Assembly (NCBI RefSeq): GCF_963921235.1
Contig: NC_086097.1
Coordinates: 127,784,001-127,848,000 of the forward strand
Reading direction: 5' to 3'
DNA: 64,000 bases
Source: Mobula hypostoma
Taxonomy: Eukaryota
Of this stretch, positions 50,383 through 61,975 are shown piece by piece (positions within the stretch are counted from its first letter, which is position 1; the number at the start of each line of letters is the position of its first letter). A program made the translations under genes and the position numbers. Below the pieces are notes generated by a model that was not told the DNA's origin, did not search any database, and saw only the letters and a program-made list of their open reading frames with translations.

Positions 50383-52929
50383 TATGTACTTATTGTAATT
50401 TATAGTTATTTACATTATGTATTGCATGTACTGCTGCCGATAAACACCAAATTTCACAACATATGCCAGTGATAATAAAACCAGATTCTGATCCTGTGGT
50501 CTGTGATCTTTCATCAGAACTTTCAGCAAACACAGGGCTAGTCTTAACTAAGTAGTGGCACTTGTCTTTCTAACAGCTTCTTGATGCCATGGCAACGGTA
50601 TGATGCACCTGGAGGCAGAGAGTCAGAGAACAAAATCTTACCACTGTAAAATATACATGCAATTTAAATTTAACACATCAGCTTGTGCAAAGTGATCTTT
50701 TTATGATAACTTATATTTGTCATGAATTTCATTACCTTGTGACCTTTCAAATGTAAACTTAACAACTTTGTGATGCATGCCCATATTAGTTTTTTGAAGA
50801 TGCTTACACATATATAAATTATTAATAAATCTCTTCAGGGATTACCCAGTAAAAATGATCCAACTTGTAGATTCTGTGTACTCAAACTCTTAAAGAAGTC
50901 TGACTGTCAGTAAACTTATAGCAGCAATAAAATGCAAGTATCTTTTAAAAGATAAATGATCAGCTTGAATTAATTGTGGTAATTCAAGTAAGGGCAATAT
51001 AATATTAGTTATTTACTTGATGTCAGAACAAGAGACAGAAATGGGTCTATTGTAATCTTAAAGATACAACTGTGACATGAAATATAAATCATTCTGCCAG
51101 CTATCCCATTATGTTATGTCGCAAATACCTTATGGTATTTTCTCTGGGCTAGGTCTGATTACTTCCTTACTAAACATGTTATGTTGTGTCTGAAAAGACT
51201 CCTTGTATTTATCTGCTTTAATATCAGGTGAATTCACTGTTATGATTGCATCCTTAAATAGCTTTGACAATGCCCATGCCGATAACTCCATCTTTTTCCT
51301 GTCAGATATGTATCTGTTAGACCATGGGCTTGTACTCCGCACAGTGCCTGTAGCACCATTCTGCACTTTATGACACTTTAATGGTTTGGATGGAAATTTC
51401 CATTTATATAGATAATATTGTTAATAACACATTTTATATGAAATCTTTTGTATTCTCAATCCTCTTTATAAATGTGTCACAATTTTGATTGATTTTGTGA
51501 TAGATAAGGTGAGAGTGCTTCAGCAACTAAAGAATTATTATTTCCTTGATGCAGTCTAGATGAAAGTTCCTTGGAGAATGAGATGCTGTGTTTATACTTA
51601 TTCTGCATATTGACCCTCTATTACCTTGCACATATGTTTAATAGAATATTCATCTTATAATTGTGATGGATCCCTGTAATTTATCCATCTGTATTCTTAG
51701 GATTCAAAATCCCGGGGAAAATCAAAATGATTATTTATCGTATCAATTTTGCATTCTGTTTAAATGGTAACACATGATAATTTCTTTCACTGTTAGATCT
51801 TGTCAAGCATTTCAGCTAACACTTTCCTCTTTCATAGACAATCTTATTGGTTCTTTCTCCTGTTATTCTGTCCTTAAGCAAAACTTGAATTTCATAAGTT
51901 TTCAAAAATAAAGTATTTTATTTATATTCCAATAATTGTCCAAAAGAGGCACATTTCCAATCTCCTCTCTAGAGGGTGCTACTTGCTTTCGGGTGGAGAT
52001 TTTTGGATGGCTATTGGCACATATTTCAATTGCCATCTCCACTTGCACATTTCCTTGTTGTTAATGCAGAACAGAAGCAGTTGATGTGAACTTGTTTGTC
52101 ATTTCTCCAGGCGCTGTCTAGTCTTACCCATTTCAAGTGATGCATTTATTCATTTTGGTTAAAGAAATCTAACCTGCTCATATGCCACACTCTTTGAAAA
52201 TAAACACAACTAACTTCAGTGGGTTTTCTTTCTGTTTCCTGCTTTTTTTCCTGCAATGCATCACCCCCAGAGAAGTTCATTCCGACAGTTCTACGTTAGA
52301 CTGTTTCTTAAAAAACAATTTTAAGTGTCCTGGAGAAATTTTGCCACGTCCGAAAGGTAGTCTAGTGCTAATCTGAAGGAATGAGAAACTTCTCAATGTA
52401 TTTCTGGATTTGCTTTTGACACGTTCTGCATAGTTGACCTGAAGGAGAATGAAGAATGGGTAAATGTTCTCAATCATTTATGTGAACATTTCCGATAACA
52501 TTAGGAAACGAGATACGGTAAGTTAGATTGATAGTGGGTATCAGCTGAACTCTTACATTTTTTCTCTTTCTCACAATTGTTTATGATCTCTTCCAGTGCA
52601 CAAGAAGCAAATTAGCATTAATTGATCAGACACACTTGATATAGAGTTAAGTTTGTAGAAATAAATTAATGTTCATTTAATTTTAATCTTGGAAAATCCG
52701 TGTCAATCAATCCATGATGCCTTAATTAGCAAACCCCATGCCTTACTGAACAATTAGCCTTTAGAAATGGATCAAATTCATGGAGGATTAGAGCCTACTA
52801 TTATTGATAGTTTTTCTTTATTTACATACAAAAATTGATTCAGAGCAGGTTACAATACAACATTTTTGAAGCAGGAATATGCAAAGAGTTGAACGTTTTA
52901 TGTCCAGAATCAGAGTGAAGTTAGGGTTA

Positions 52930-53650
52930 AAGATATAACAACCAGCATTAATAATGCATCTTTTACACCCTCAGAAAGTGTAGTCACTCATATAATGTAG
53001 AAAATGAGCAACTAATTCATGCACAGTAAGCTCCCATAATGTGCACTGCAAAGCAATAGAGGGTCAAAGATAATGATCAGTTAATTTTTTTGTGATGTTG
53101 GCTGAAGGATAATTCCTCTCTTCTCTGAATGTTGCCAAAGGATCTTTTATCTTCAATTGAGAGACAGATAGGAGGTTGGTTGATCTTCTCTGAAAGATGG
53201 CACAGTATCAACTTCATCCTGCACTATCAGCAAAACAATAGTGATGAGAAAATGTATATTTATTCCTTTCTTTCATTGAAATTAGTGTGTCAACAGATGA
53301 AGTACCCGGAGAGTGCAGTAACTTTCACAATGGAGATAATGTACAGGGTGGTTCATACACAGCAAGCTCCCACAGATATTGACATAAACAAGATGAACTG
53401 TTTTTGTCTTATGTATTGAGAGATAAATATCAGCCAAGGGTACTGAAGGAACCCCTATAGTTTCTTCAAATTACAATCAAGCCATCTAAAAAGGAAGGTA
53501 AAACTCAGATTAGAAACTTGAATGAAAGTCACCATCTCCAACCTTGCAACATGCATAGAGTGAAATACCAACATTTGGGCTCAATTAAGTGCTCAAGTCT
53601 TTAGAATGGTGCAATCATGTAATGCTACCACATTAAGGAATGAACGATCA
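52930..53650 (-). mobile_element. Two ancient Deu-domain SINE remnants (SacSINE1/AmnSINE1-like)
   Basis: Both carry CAG.AAGCTCCCA.....GATAA...GGATCTTTTA...TGAAAGATGGCAC-like sequence, recalled as the reverse complement of the Deu core. Confidence 0.55.
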
Positions 53651-54599
53651 CTTGAAGCGTTGGTGAATTTGAATTATTCTAAATGGATATGATATCTTAA
53701 CCTTTGGAAAAGGTCAGAGGGGTGGATATACCTTTACACTAATCGATGGAAACAACTTTAGAGGTAGAGTACAATGGTCTGTTAAATAGCAAACAAGGCA
53801 ATTTTCTCTTGATGCCTTGACTAACAGTCCTCCCTTAACTGATGCAAACAGTCAGATTAATTGGCTATTTGACAACTAGATGCTTAGGGATTTTGTACTC
53901 AGCTGAAATAACTGGTTTTAATCTTCAGGTGAACCATAACTGCAATTCAGAATGTAATTCAGTGCAAATGATGTATTTGAATTGTTTAAAAATGTGCAAA
54001 CCATAGATATAAACACAAGTTCCTTTTAATTTATTTTTTTATTCATCTCTTTGCCACAGGAACCCAATGTAAATCCAGACTAAATTGAGTAATCTGTGTC
54101 CTTCAGCCACTTGTTACTCGGGCTGTTTGACCGGTAGACAAGCATACCATTTGAGATATTTTGTTTGCTATCAGCTTTGTAAGGTCAATTTCTCTCTCCA
54201 AGATCAAACAAAATTCTTCTTTAATCCTAGCATGGAACCTTGAGTGACATTAATAAATACAAAATCAAAAACTGCTGGAAAATAGGTAGCAGCATAGGCC
54301 ACATCTGTGGGAAGGGAAACAGAGTTAATATTTCAGGTTGAAGATCTTTCATCGGTATTGGGACGGAGGCAAACAAAGTTTTTAGACTGCAGGGAGGGTG
54401 CGTTAGGGTGGATGTCTCTGATAGGGTAAAACTGGTGTGACTATGGGTATCTTCACTTGAATTACTTTAGCATTGGAACCTTGCATATGTTCTATCCAGA
54501 AAACATGTTCCATGTTTAACCTAAGTGACCGCGATCTCTTTACTTTCCATGCTATGATCTTAATGTGTTTAATTCACTTTTGTATTCTGTACTTCTCTC

Positions 54600-54930
54600 C
54601 AACTCTGGAGAATTGGCTCAGAAATCAATTCTGAGACAGTAGTGAGAGAATGCTTGCTACTTAAAGCTGTCACCAAATGCGGTTGTAAACTAAGGTTCAT
54701 ATGCTTGTCTCAGGTGAACGTAAAGAATCCATTAGCACTATTTTCAGAAAAGCATCACTTACATGCTGGCTATTTTTTCCCTGATCAGCAGATGATCTGA
54801 TCAGTGTTTGTGAAGTCTGTTATTTGATGATTAGCTGCTTTTTTTTAATATTGCAAGAGTGAACACATTTCAGAAGTACTTAATTTTCTATAAAGTGTTT
54901 GTAGATGCCCTAAAGTTATGAAAAGTGCTG
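54600..54930 (+). mobile_element. Ancient Deu-domain SINE remnant
   Basis: TGTAAACTAAGG...TCTCAGGTGAACGTAAAGAATCCATTAGCACTATTTT resembles the Deu core. Confidence 0.6.
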
Positions 54931-57344
54931 TATAATTATGGGTTTTCAGAATTAGTATTCATGGAGATAGTCTGTACCAATGACTGAATGAGTGCAACTC
55001 AACTACACCCAAGAATTTCGAAACCATCTACTCTACTGCCAGCATTCTAATGGTAAACAATTTTTAAGTGCACCATTTACAAAGTAGCAGTAGTTTTCCA
55101 AGGCAATCTGATAATTCAAATCCATTACCTCCCCTGCACCAAGAAGAGCAAGAGGAGCAGACAAATGGGACAATCAAGGCAGGTTCCCTTCCTTGTCACA
55201 CAAAATCCTGAAATAGTAATACTTTAATCACTCATGGGTCTACATTCTGGAACACCTTGCCCAGTGGGACAATCTAGACAGAAAGGCTGCAGCAATTTAA
55301 GAAGGAAGCTCACCACCACCTTCTGGAAAGCAAGTAGTGATGGTAATAAATAATAGTCTTAGCTGAAACATCCACACCCTGTGAAACAAATATTTAAAAA
55401 GTGTTAATACAGCTTTGCAGACAATAGAAAAAAACTGCATAATATTTGTTAATTTCCATTCCAATACTGGCAATTTTTAATGTTATATTTTTGGCAATAT
55501 TGTTATGTGGTTCCATACTACTTATACAGTTATGTAGGACAGTGCACCATATTGGCCTAGATTTATTTAAATCATCCAATTCTCAGAATTTAGAAAATAA
55601 CTTATTAATTTTAAATAAATGTACTGTAGTGCCTTAGCTGCACATGAAAATCAGATATGTTATTAATTCAGCAAATCATGACATATGCAAAACTAAACTA
55701 TTTTCGGAAAAGAAGGAAGAAAACACTTAAGTGTTTTAACAGTTTAATTCCAATGACATTTGACTTTTGTGAAGGTTGGAATTGAATTATGACATTACTG
55801 TAACTGGTTTTTCAGTCATCATTCACTGTCTGTCACACAAGCTTGCAACTTGAAGTTATTATAAAATTACATATAGTTTAATAATATCCTTACAATACTT
55901 TTAAGCATGCTTCTCAAGTCAAAGGGGTTATCCATCTTGTAAATCCATTATTCCATTGTTCGTCTTGATAGCATAGGATTGCTCCTAGCCATGTTTAACC
56001 ATTAAATAGTGTGTTATTATTTCACATAAATCAAACAGAGATGTGTGAATTCATAAATTTTGCATTTGCACAGCCTGTATTTTAAACTTCAAATCACTAA
56101 ATGCTCACTTCTTAGGAAATACTGTATATACATTTCAAGATGGAGTGTCAAAAAATAGTAATTGTAATTTATGAACCCTTTCTACCTCTTTCTTCCTAAT
56201 TAATGAAACTGGGGATGAAAGGGAGATTCTGGAAATCTTCCTGAGAAATATCAAGTCCAGCATAGGGTTTTGTGTGACTACATGAGTTTGCAAGTGTAAG
56301 GCAGGATCAGGAAATTTTACAGATATCAAGTAAATGAGCATTTAAGGATAGGGGGGATTAAAAGGGAAGTAAAGTGCTTTCTCCACAAGTTGTCTTGGAG
56401 AATTGCTGAAAACGTTAAATTTGCAGCTAATTATTTCACCTCTTTATGAGATCCTCAAATGATCTGCTCAGATGAGGAGCCTCTTTCATGGCTGTATTGG
56501 CATCAACACCAGCAAAGGGTTCAACCGCATTCTAGGCTCCTTAGCAGAAACCTTACATCGAATGCCTGCGAGGCTTTACTGTTTGTTCTCGGATCAACAG
56601 ACTGCAAAAGTGAACCAATCATAATCATGGAGACATACTGCCCTTTGACCCATGTGTCCACACTGGTAAAGAGAAAGAAGGAAACATATATCATTTATAG
56701 GGAGCTGGGTAAAATGAATCCCTCAGCGAATATATTAAGTCTGAGAGCAGGCTTAAGAGGGGAATCAGGAGGTCAAATGAAGGTATGAGGTGGATTTGTT
56801 AGGTAGGGTAAATGATAATCACAAGGTGTTCTTCAGCCACATTAACTGTAAAAGGGTGACCAAGGAGAGACCAGGTCCTCTTAAAAACCATCAGGGCCAC
56901 CTATGTATGGAGTAGCAAGAGATGGCTATGATATTTAATGTCTATTTCTCCTCAGTGTTTGCTAAATGGAATGAGGGTAAAAAGTAGTGAGCTCTTGGAA
57001 ATTTTGCATATTTCAAGGAAGGATATATTTGCATCCTTGAAGCAGATAAGGTGGGCAAATCCCTAGGGCCTAAACAAGTGCATTGCTTACAAGAAATTGC
57101 AGAGGATCTTCTAAAGATAATTACTTTGGTGTTAGCCATTGGTGATGTTCCTGAAGACTGGAGGATGGCTAATGTTCTTCCATTGTTTAAGAAGGGTAGC
57201 AAGGAAAGGCCAGAGAATGACAGGCTGGGGAGCCTATTTCAGTTGTAGGGAAGTCACTGGAGGGATTCTGAGGTATAAGATCTAGCATTACTTGGATGGT
57301 CGGTACCTGATCAGGAATAGTCAGTGTGATTTTGTGTGTTGGAG

Positions 57345-57642
57345 GTTGGGGCACCGCGGTTGCATAGAGGTTAGTGCAGTGCTATTGTAGGTCAGGGCGT
57401 CTGAGTTCAATTCCGGTGTGCTCTGTGAGCAAATTCGTATGTTCCTTTCTGTGTGCGTGTGGGTTTCCTCCAAGTGCTCCAGTTTCCCCCCACAGACCTA
57501 AAAGGCATGCTGGTTAGCTAGTTAATTAGTCATTGTAAATTGTCCCTGATTGGGCCAGAGCTAACTTGATGGGTTGCTGGGTGACATGGCTCAAAGGGCT
57601 GGAAGAGCCTGTTCTACACTACATCTCTAAATATATAAATAA
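57345..57642 (+). mobile_element. tRNA-derived V-domain SINE
   Basis: B box GAGTTCAATTCC, V-core GCGTGTGGGTTTCCTCCAAGTGCTCCAGTTTCCCCCCACA and (TAAA)-type tail. Confidence 0.75.
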
Positions 57643-58076
57643 AATACCTGATGAATCTTTTGGAATTTTCAAAGAGATAACTGTGTGGATAGATGAAGGT
57701 ATAGCAGTGGTTGCTGCCTTAATGGACTTTAGTAAGGCCCTTTACAAGGTCTCACATGGCAGGCTGATCTGGAAGGTTAGGTGGCATGGGATTAGGGGGA
57801 GCTAGAAAGGTGTTTCAGAATTTGCTCGATGATAGGAAGCAGAGAGTGATGGTTGACGTTCAATTCTCTGACAAGAGGCCTGTGACTAGTATCGTGCCCC
57901 TGGGGTCAGTAATGGGACTTCTGTTATTCGTTATGTATGTAAATGAAGATAACATGAGCAAGTTTGCCAATAGTATTAAATGAAGGGGTCTTGTTGATGG
58001 TGAAGTTGGATAAAATAAATTGCAAAAACATCCTGATCAATTAGGGAGAATGTCTGAGGAATGACAAATGGATTTT

Positions 58077-58843
58077 CTTCTTTTTAAATCTTTTTATTGA
58101 GTAAGTATACAAAAAAGGTAAGCCATATAAACATTAATACAATGTTAAAGTATAATAAAATTCCAAAAGATAACAATACCAAAAAGAAAATACTACAAAC
58201 AATGTAATTTAAGCATAAGAAACCAAGATAACATAATAGTATACTAAATTTTATATATATCAATGGAAAAAAAGAAAAAAAAAACAACCCCAAAAAAAAA
58301 CCCACCGTGCAACTAACTAAAAGCAAAGCAAAGCAATGGGCTAACTTGAAACCAAACATAGTTAAACTTAAAATCACGTCCTCAATCCCGACCTCCATTA
58401 AAACAGTGAAAAAAAAAACAAGAAGGGTAAATATTACATTAAATGAAAATATCGAATAAAAGGTCCCCAAATCTGTTCAAATTTAAATGAAGAATCATAA
58501 AGGTTACTTCTAATTTTCTCCAGATTCAAACATAAAATCGTCTGAGAAAACCAAAAAAAGGTAGTTGGAGCATTAAGCTCTTTCCAATGTTGTAAAATAC
58601 ATCTTTTCGCCATCAAAGTAAGAAATGCAATCATTCTACGGGCTGAAGGGGAAAGATTACTAGAAATTTTAGGTAGTCCAAAGATAGCAGTAATAGGGTG
58701 AGGAGAGATATCTATATTTAATACCTTAGAAATAATATTGAAAATATCTCTCCAAAAAGTTTCCAAAGTAGGGCAAGACCAAAACATATGAGTTAAAGAG
58801 GCTATCTGCCCCGAACATCTATCACAGAAAGGATTAATATGCA
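58077..58843 (-). mobile_element. 5'-truncated L1 fragment
   Basis: Intact C-terminal ORF2 piece CDRC...HMFWSC...LNLEKI, AATAAA plus A-rich tail, and 13-bp TSD ACAAATGGATTTT (58064-58076, 58844-58856). Confidence 0.92.
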
Positions 58844-60410
58844 ACAAATGGATTTTAACTTAGACAAGTGTGAGGTGATGCATTTTGGACATTCAAATCA
58901 AGGTCGAACCTATAAAGTGAATGGCAGAGCACTGGTGAGTTTTGTGAAACCGAGGGACCTGGGAATACAAGGCCACACTTTTCTGAATGAGGCCAGGTGA
59001 TGAAGAAATCATTGAGCATTGATGGCCTGTATCCGTCAGGGTATTGACTTTAGGAGAAGTCTCATTAAGTTGAAGTTATAAAAGATGTTGACGAGGTTGC
59101 ACTTGAAGTATTGTGTATAGTTTTGATTACTCTGTTAAAGGAAAGACAAGTTACGCTGGTGAGGATGAAGAGATGAACAAGGATGCTGCCTGAACTAGAA
59201 GACCTGTGTTATAGGGAGAGGTTGCCCACACTGGATCATTTTTATTCCTTGGAGCTTAGGAGAATGAGAGGTGACCTCATTAAAATTTATAAAATCATGA
59301 GAGGTGTGGATAGTGTGGACTGTCACAGTCTTTTATGCAGGGTTGAGGAGTCCATAACTAAGGGGTACAGATATAGGATATGAGGGGAGATTAAAAGAGA
59401 TCTGCAAAGTAATTTCTTTATACAGGATAGTGAGCACCTGGAATGAGCTGCCAGAAAAAGTAGTTGAGGCAGGCACAGCTGCAACATTTAAGAGACATTT
59501 AAATAGGTACATGGAGTGGGAGAGCTTGGAAGTTTATGGGATGAAGGTAGACAAATAGGACTAGCAGGGAGGTAGCTGTGAACAGCATGAGCTGGTTGTA
59601 CCGAAGGGTCTGTTTCTGTGCTGTATTACTCTATGACACACTAACCAATCACTTTAACACTGCTTCAAGAAGGTAGCAAGTTGGCTCAAAGGCAATTAGA
59701 AATGGGCATTATGTGTTGGCTGTGTTAGCGACAGCTATTTGAGAGAATATAAAACTTATTGTAAAACAGTATCCAAATTTTTTTTTTATCTGGATATATC
59801 ATCTACCGAAAATAAGATTACAATACCTATTTACAGGTTGTATCAGCCATGAAAGCAAGTTATTAGGTTCAGCAAGAAAGGAAGATAATCCAATTATGAT
59901 GGCTGTTATTGTTCTTACATTCTTCAGGGGCCAATGCATCTGTTGTCATTAAGATCACAGCTATCGTTAAAGGAATAATATCTCCGCAAATCTATATTTG
60001 TCATATAGAGCTACAATATTACATTCATATGGGACTGATACACAATAGTTTTGTGAGTGTCTAGTTGGTCCTGATTTCAGTTGAGGGAGTCTATTGTGTT
60101 TGGTCAATATCGTCATAGGGTCATCTGTCACATATAAAGTTCCTTGTATAAACAAACCAGTTTCTTCAGGGAACAATATAAAGCCTTGCAAATAATAGAC
60201 AAGGTAAGTCCATCTTTCAGTTTAAATAATATAAGCTTGTTGTTTTCCACTGTTTTATAAACATTGTATATGACTGAGGAGGTCCAAGTGAAAGTAAGCA
60301 CATTCTGTTGTGACACTGTGAGATGTGTGTTGTCTCTATTTCATTACTTACTCCTTTGTAGACTTTTGCAATTCTTCTGCAAATGTGTATTGTAATGCTG
60401 GGTTCCGTAT

Positions 60411-60426
60411 TTCCCTCCTAGTGGCA
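60411..60426 (-). promoter_or_regulatory. Candidate CTCF motif
   Basis: Minus strand TGCCACTAGGAGGGAA resembles the CCASYAGRKGGC core. It lies in non-repetitive-looking DNA. Confidence 0.35.
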
Positions 60427-61024
60427 GATGGTTTGTAGGCAATGGTGGCACAACACCAGAGATTATCAGTGTAAGGAATATCATGAATGGTAATTGCCGC
60501 AATCACCCTTGCTGCTTGAAAAAAAATTCAGAATAAACTTTGCCAGATACCCTTGACATCACTGACAGTATTGGATTGAGCCACAGTTCTGCTTCTCAGT
60601 CATCACATTTAGCTCACTAGTATTAGCCATTTTATTTGCTGTGTGAAGATGATTTGTAAAATTGCACATATAAGAAGTGAGCAAATCCTCTCTATGATCC
60701 ATAGCATCCTTTCTCATGGAATTATTTAAACCCACCAGTTTGCACACGTACATCGATTTGAGTATTTGGAACATGAGTATTAGGTATGAACTTATCTCAG
60801 ATGGACACTCTACTATAAAGCCTGTTCAAGAACAGCTGCTTACTTTCCTTCAAGCATTCAGTCCTTGCACCAACCTGCACAATGAAAACCACGCTGTGTC
60901 AACACTATGACCAATTTAAACATTGATAGACCGTAGAGTCATAGAAAAGTACAGCACAGAACCAAGCCCTTCAACCCATCTAGTCTATGCCAAACTATTT
61001 AAACCATCTAGTCCCATTGACCTG

Positions 61025-61975
61025 CAGCTGGTTCCTAGACTTCCCATCGGATCATCAACAGGTGGTAAGGATGGGCTCCCTCGCCTCTGCTCCACTGACC
61101 CTCAACACAGGTGCCCCCTCAGGGTTGTGTCCTGAGTCCCCTCCTCGACTCCCTTTACACCCACGACTGTGTGCTGCCACGCACAGCTCCAATCTGCTGA
61201 TCAAATTCGCAGATGACACAACATTGCCTTATTCCTAGCGGTGATGAGACAGCTTGCTGAGGAGAGGTTAACACCCTGACACAGTGGTGCCAGGAAAACA
61301 ACCTCTTCTTCAATTTTCAAAAAATAAACAAAAGAGCTGATTGTGGATTACAGGAGGAACGGAGACAGACTCGCCCCGATCAACATCATTGGGACTGCAG
61401 TTGAGAGGGTGAGCAGTTTCAAGTTCCTTAGTATACACATCACCAATGATCTCACCTGGACTGTACACACTGGCTGTGTGGCAAAAAAAAACACAACAGT
61501 GTCTCTTCTGTCTGAGGCATGGGTCCCCAGATCCTCAAGACCTTCGACAGGGGCACCACTGAGAGCATCTTGACTGGGTGTTTCACCGCCTGGTACGGGA
61601 ACTGCACCACTCTTGATCTCTGGGCACTGCAGAAAGTGGTACGGACAGCCCAGCGCATCTGTGGACATGAACTTCCCTCCACTGAGGATACTTACAGCAG
61701 CGGGTGCGTAAAGAAGGCCTGGAAGATCATCAGGGACGCCAATCACCCCAACTATAACCTGTTTCAGCTGTTTCTGTCTGGCAAAAGGTACCACAGCACT
61801 AAAGCCAGGACCAACAAGCTATGGGATAGCTTCTTTCTACAAATCACTAGACTTAGAAATTCACATGTTGGTACATTGCGATGGAGTCATAACGCAAAGA
61901 TTTTTACTCCCTGACATTGTGGGATGGATGTAAGATTTAATAATTTCAATTCAATTCAATTTAAATTCAATTCAC
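61025..61975 (+). mobile_element. Rex-Babar LINE fragment inside a CR1 3' end
   Basis: NTGAPSG, KFADDTT and ESILTGCFTAWYG, with an (AATTC)n tail. Same family as 24250-25332. Confidence 0.87.

Larger units (their letters stand above)
45820..50490 (+). mobile_element. Near full-length Rex-Babar LINE, decayed, with two nested insertions
   Basis: 5' AAGATGGC, PLPTILLGNVQSLENK, CFSETWL, AGDFN, RT region (KFTDVTTIVGKI, SKTRELVVDFRK) and 3' AATAAAACCAGATTCTGAT. Confidence 0.88.
56720..59640 (+). mobile_element. CR1 LINE, decayed, with nested SINE and L1 fragment
   Basis: VPEDWRMANVLPLFKKG, MDFSKAL, VPLGSVMG and LELRRMRGDLI. Confidence 0.88.

Noticed and set aside
57345..57420. tRNA gene
   Set aside because: Only a B-box-like motif, no full cloverleaf, and it is followed by a SINE V-domain.
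58084..58470. 128-aa hydrophobic 'membrane protein' ORF
   Set aside because: Translation of the T-rich L1 3' UTR.
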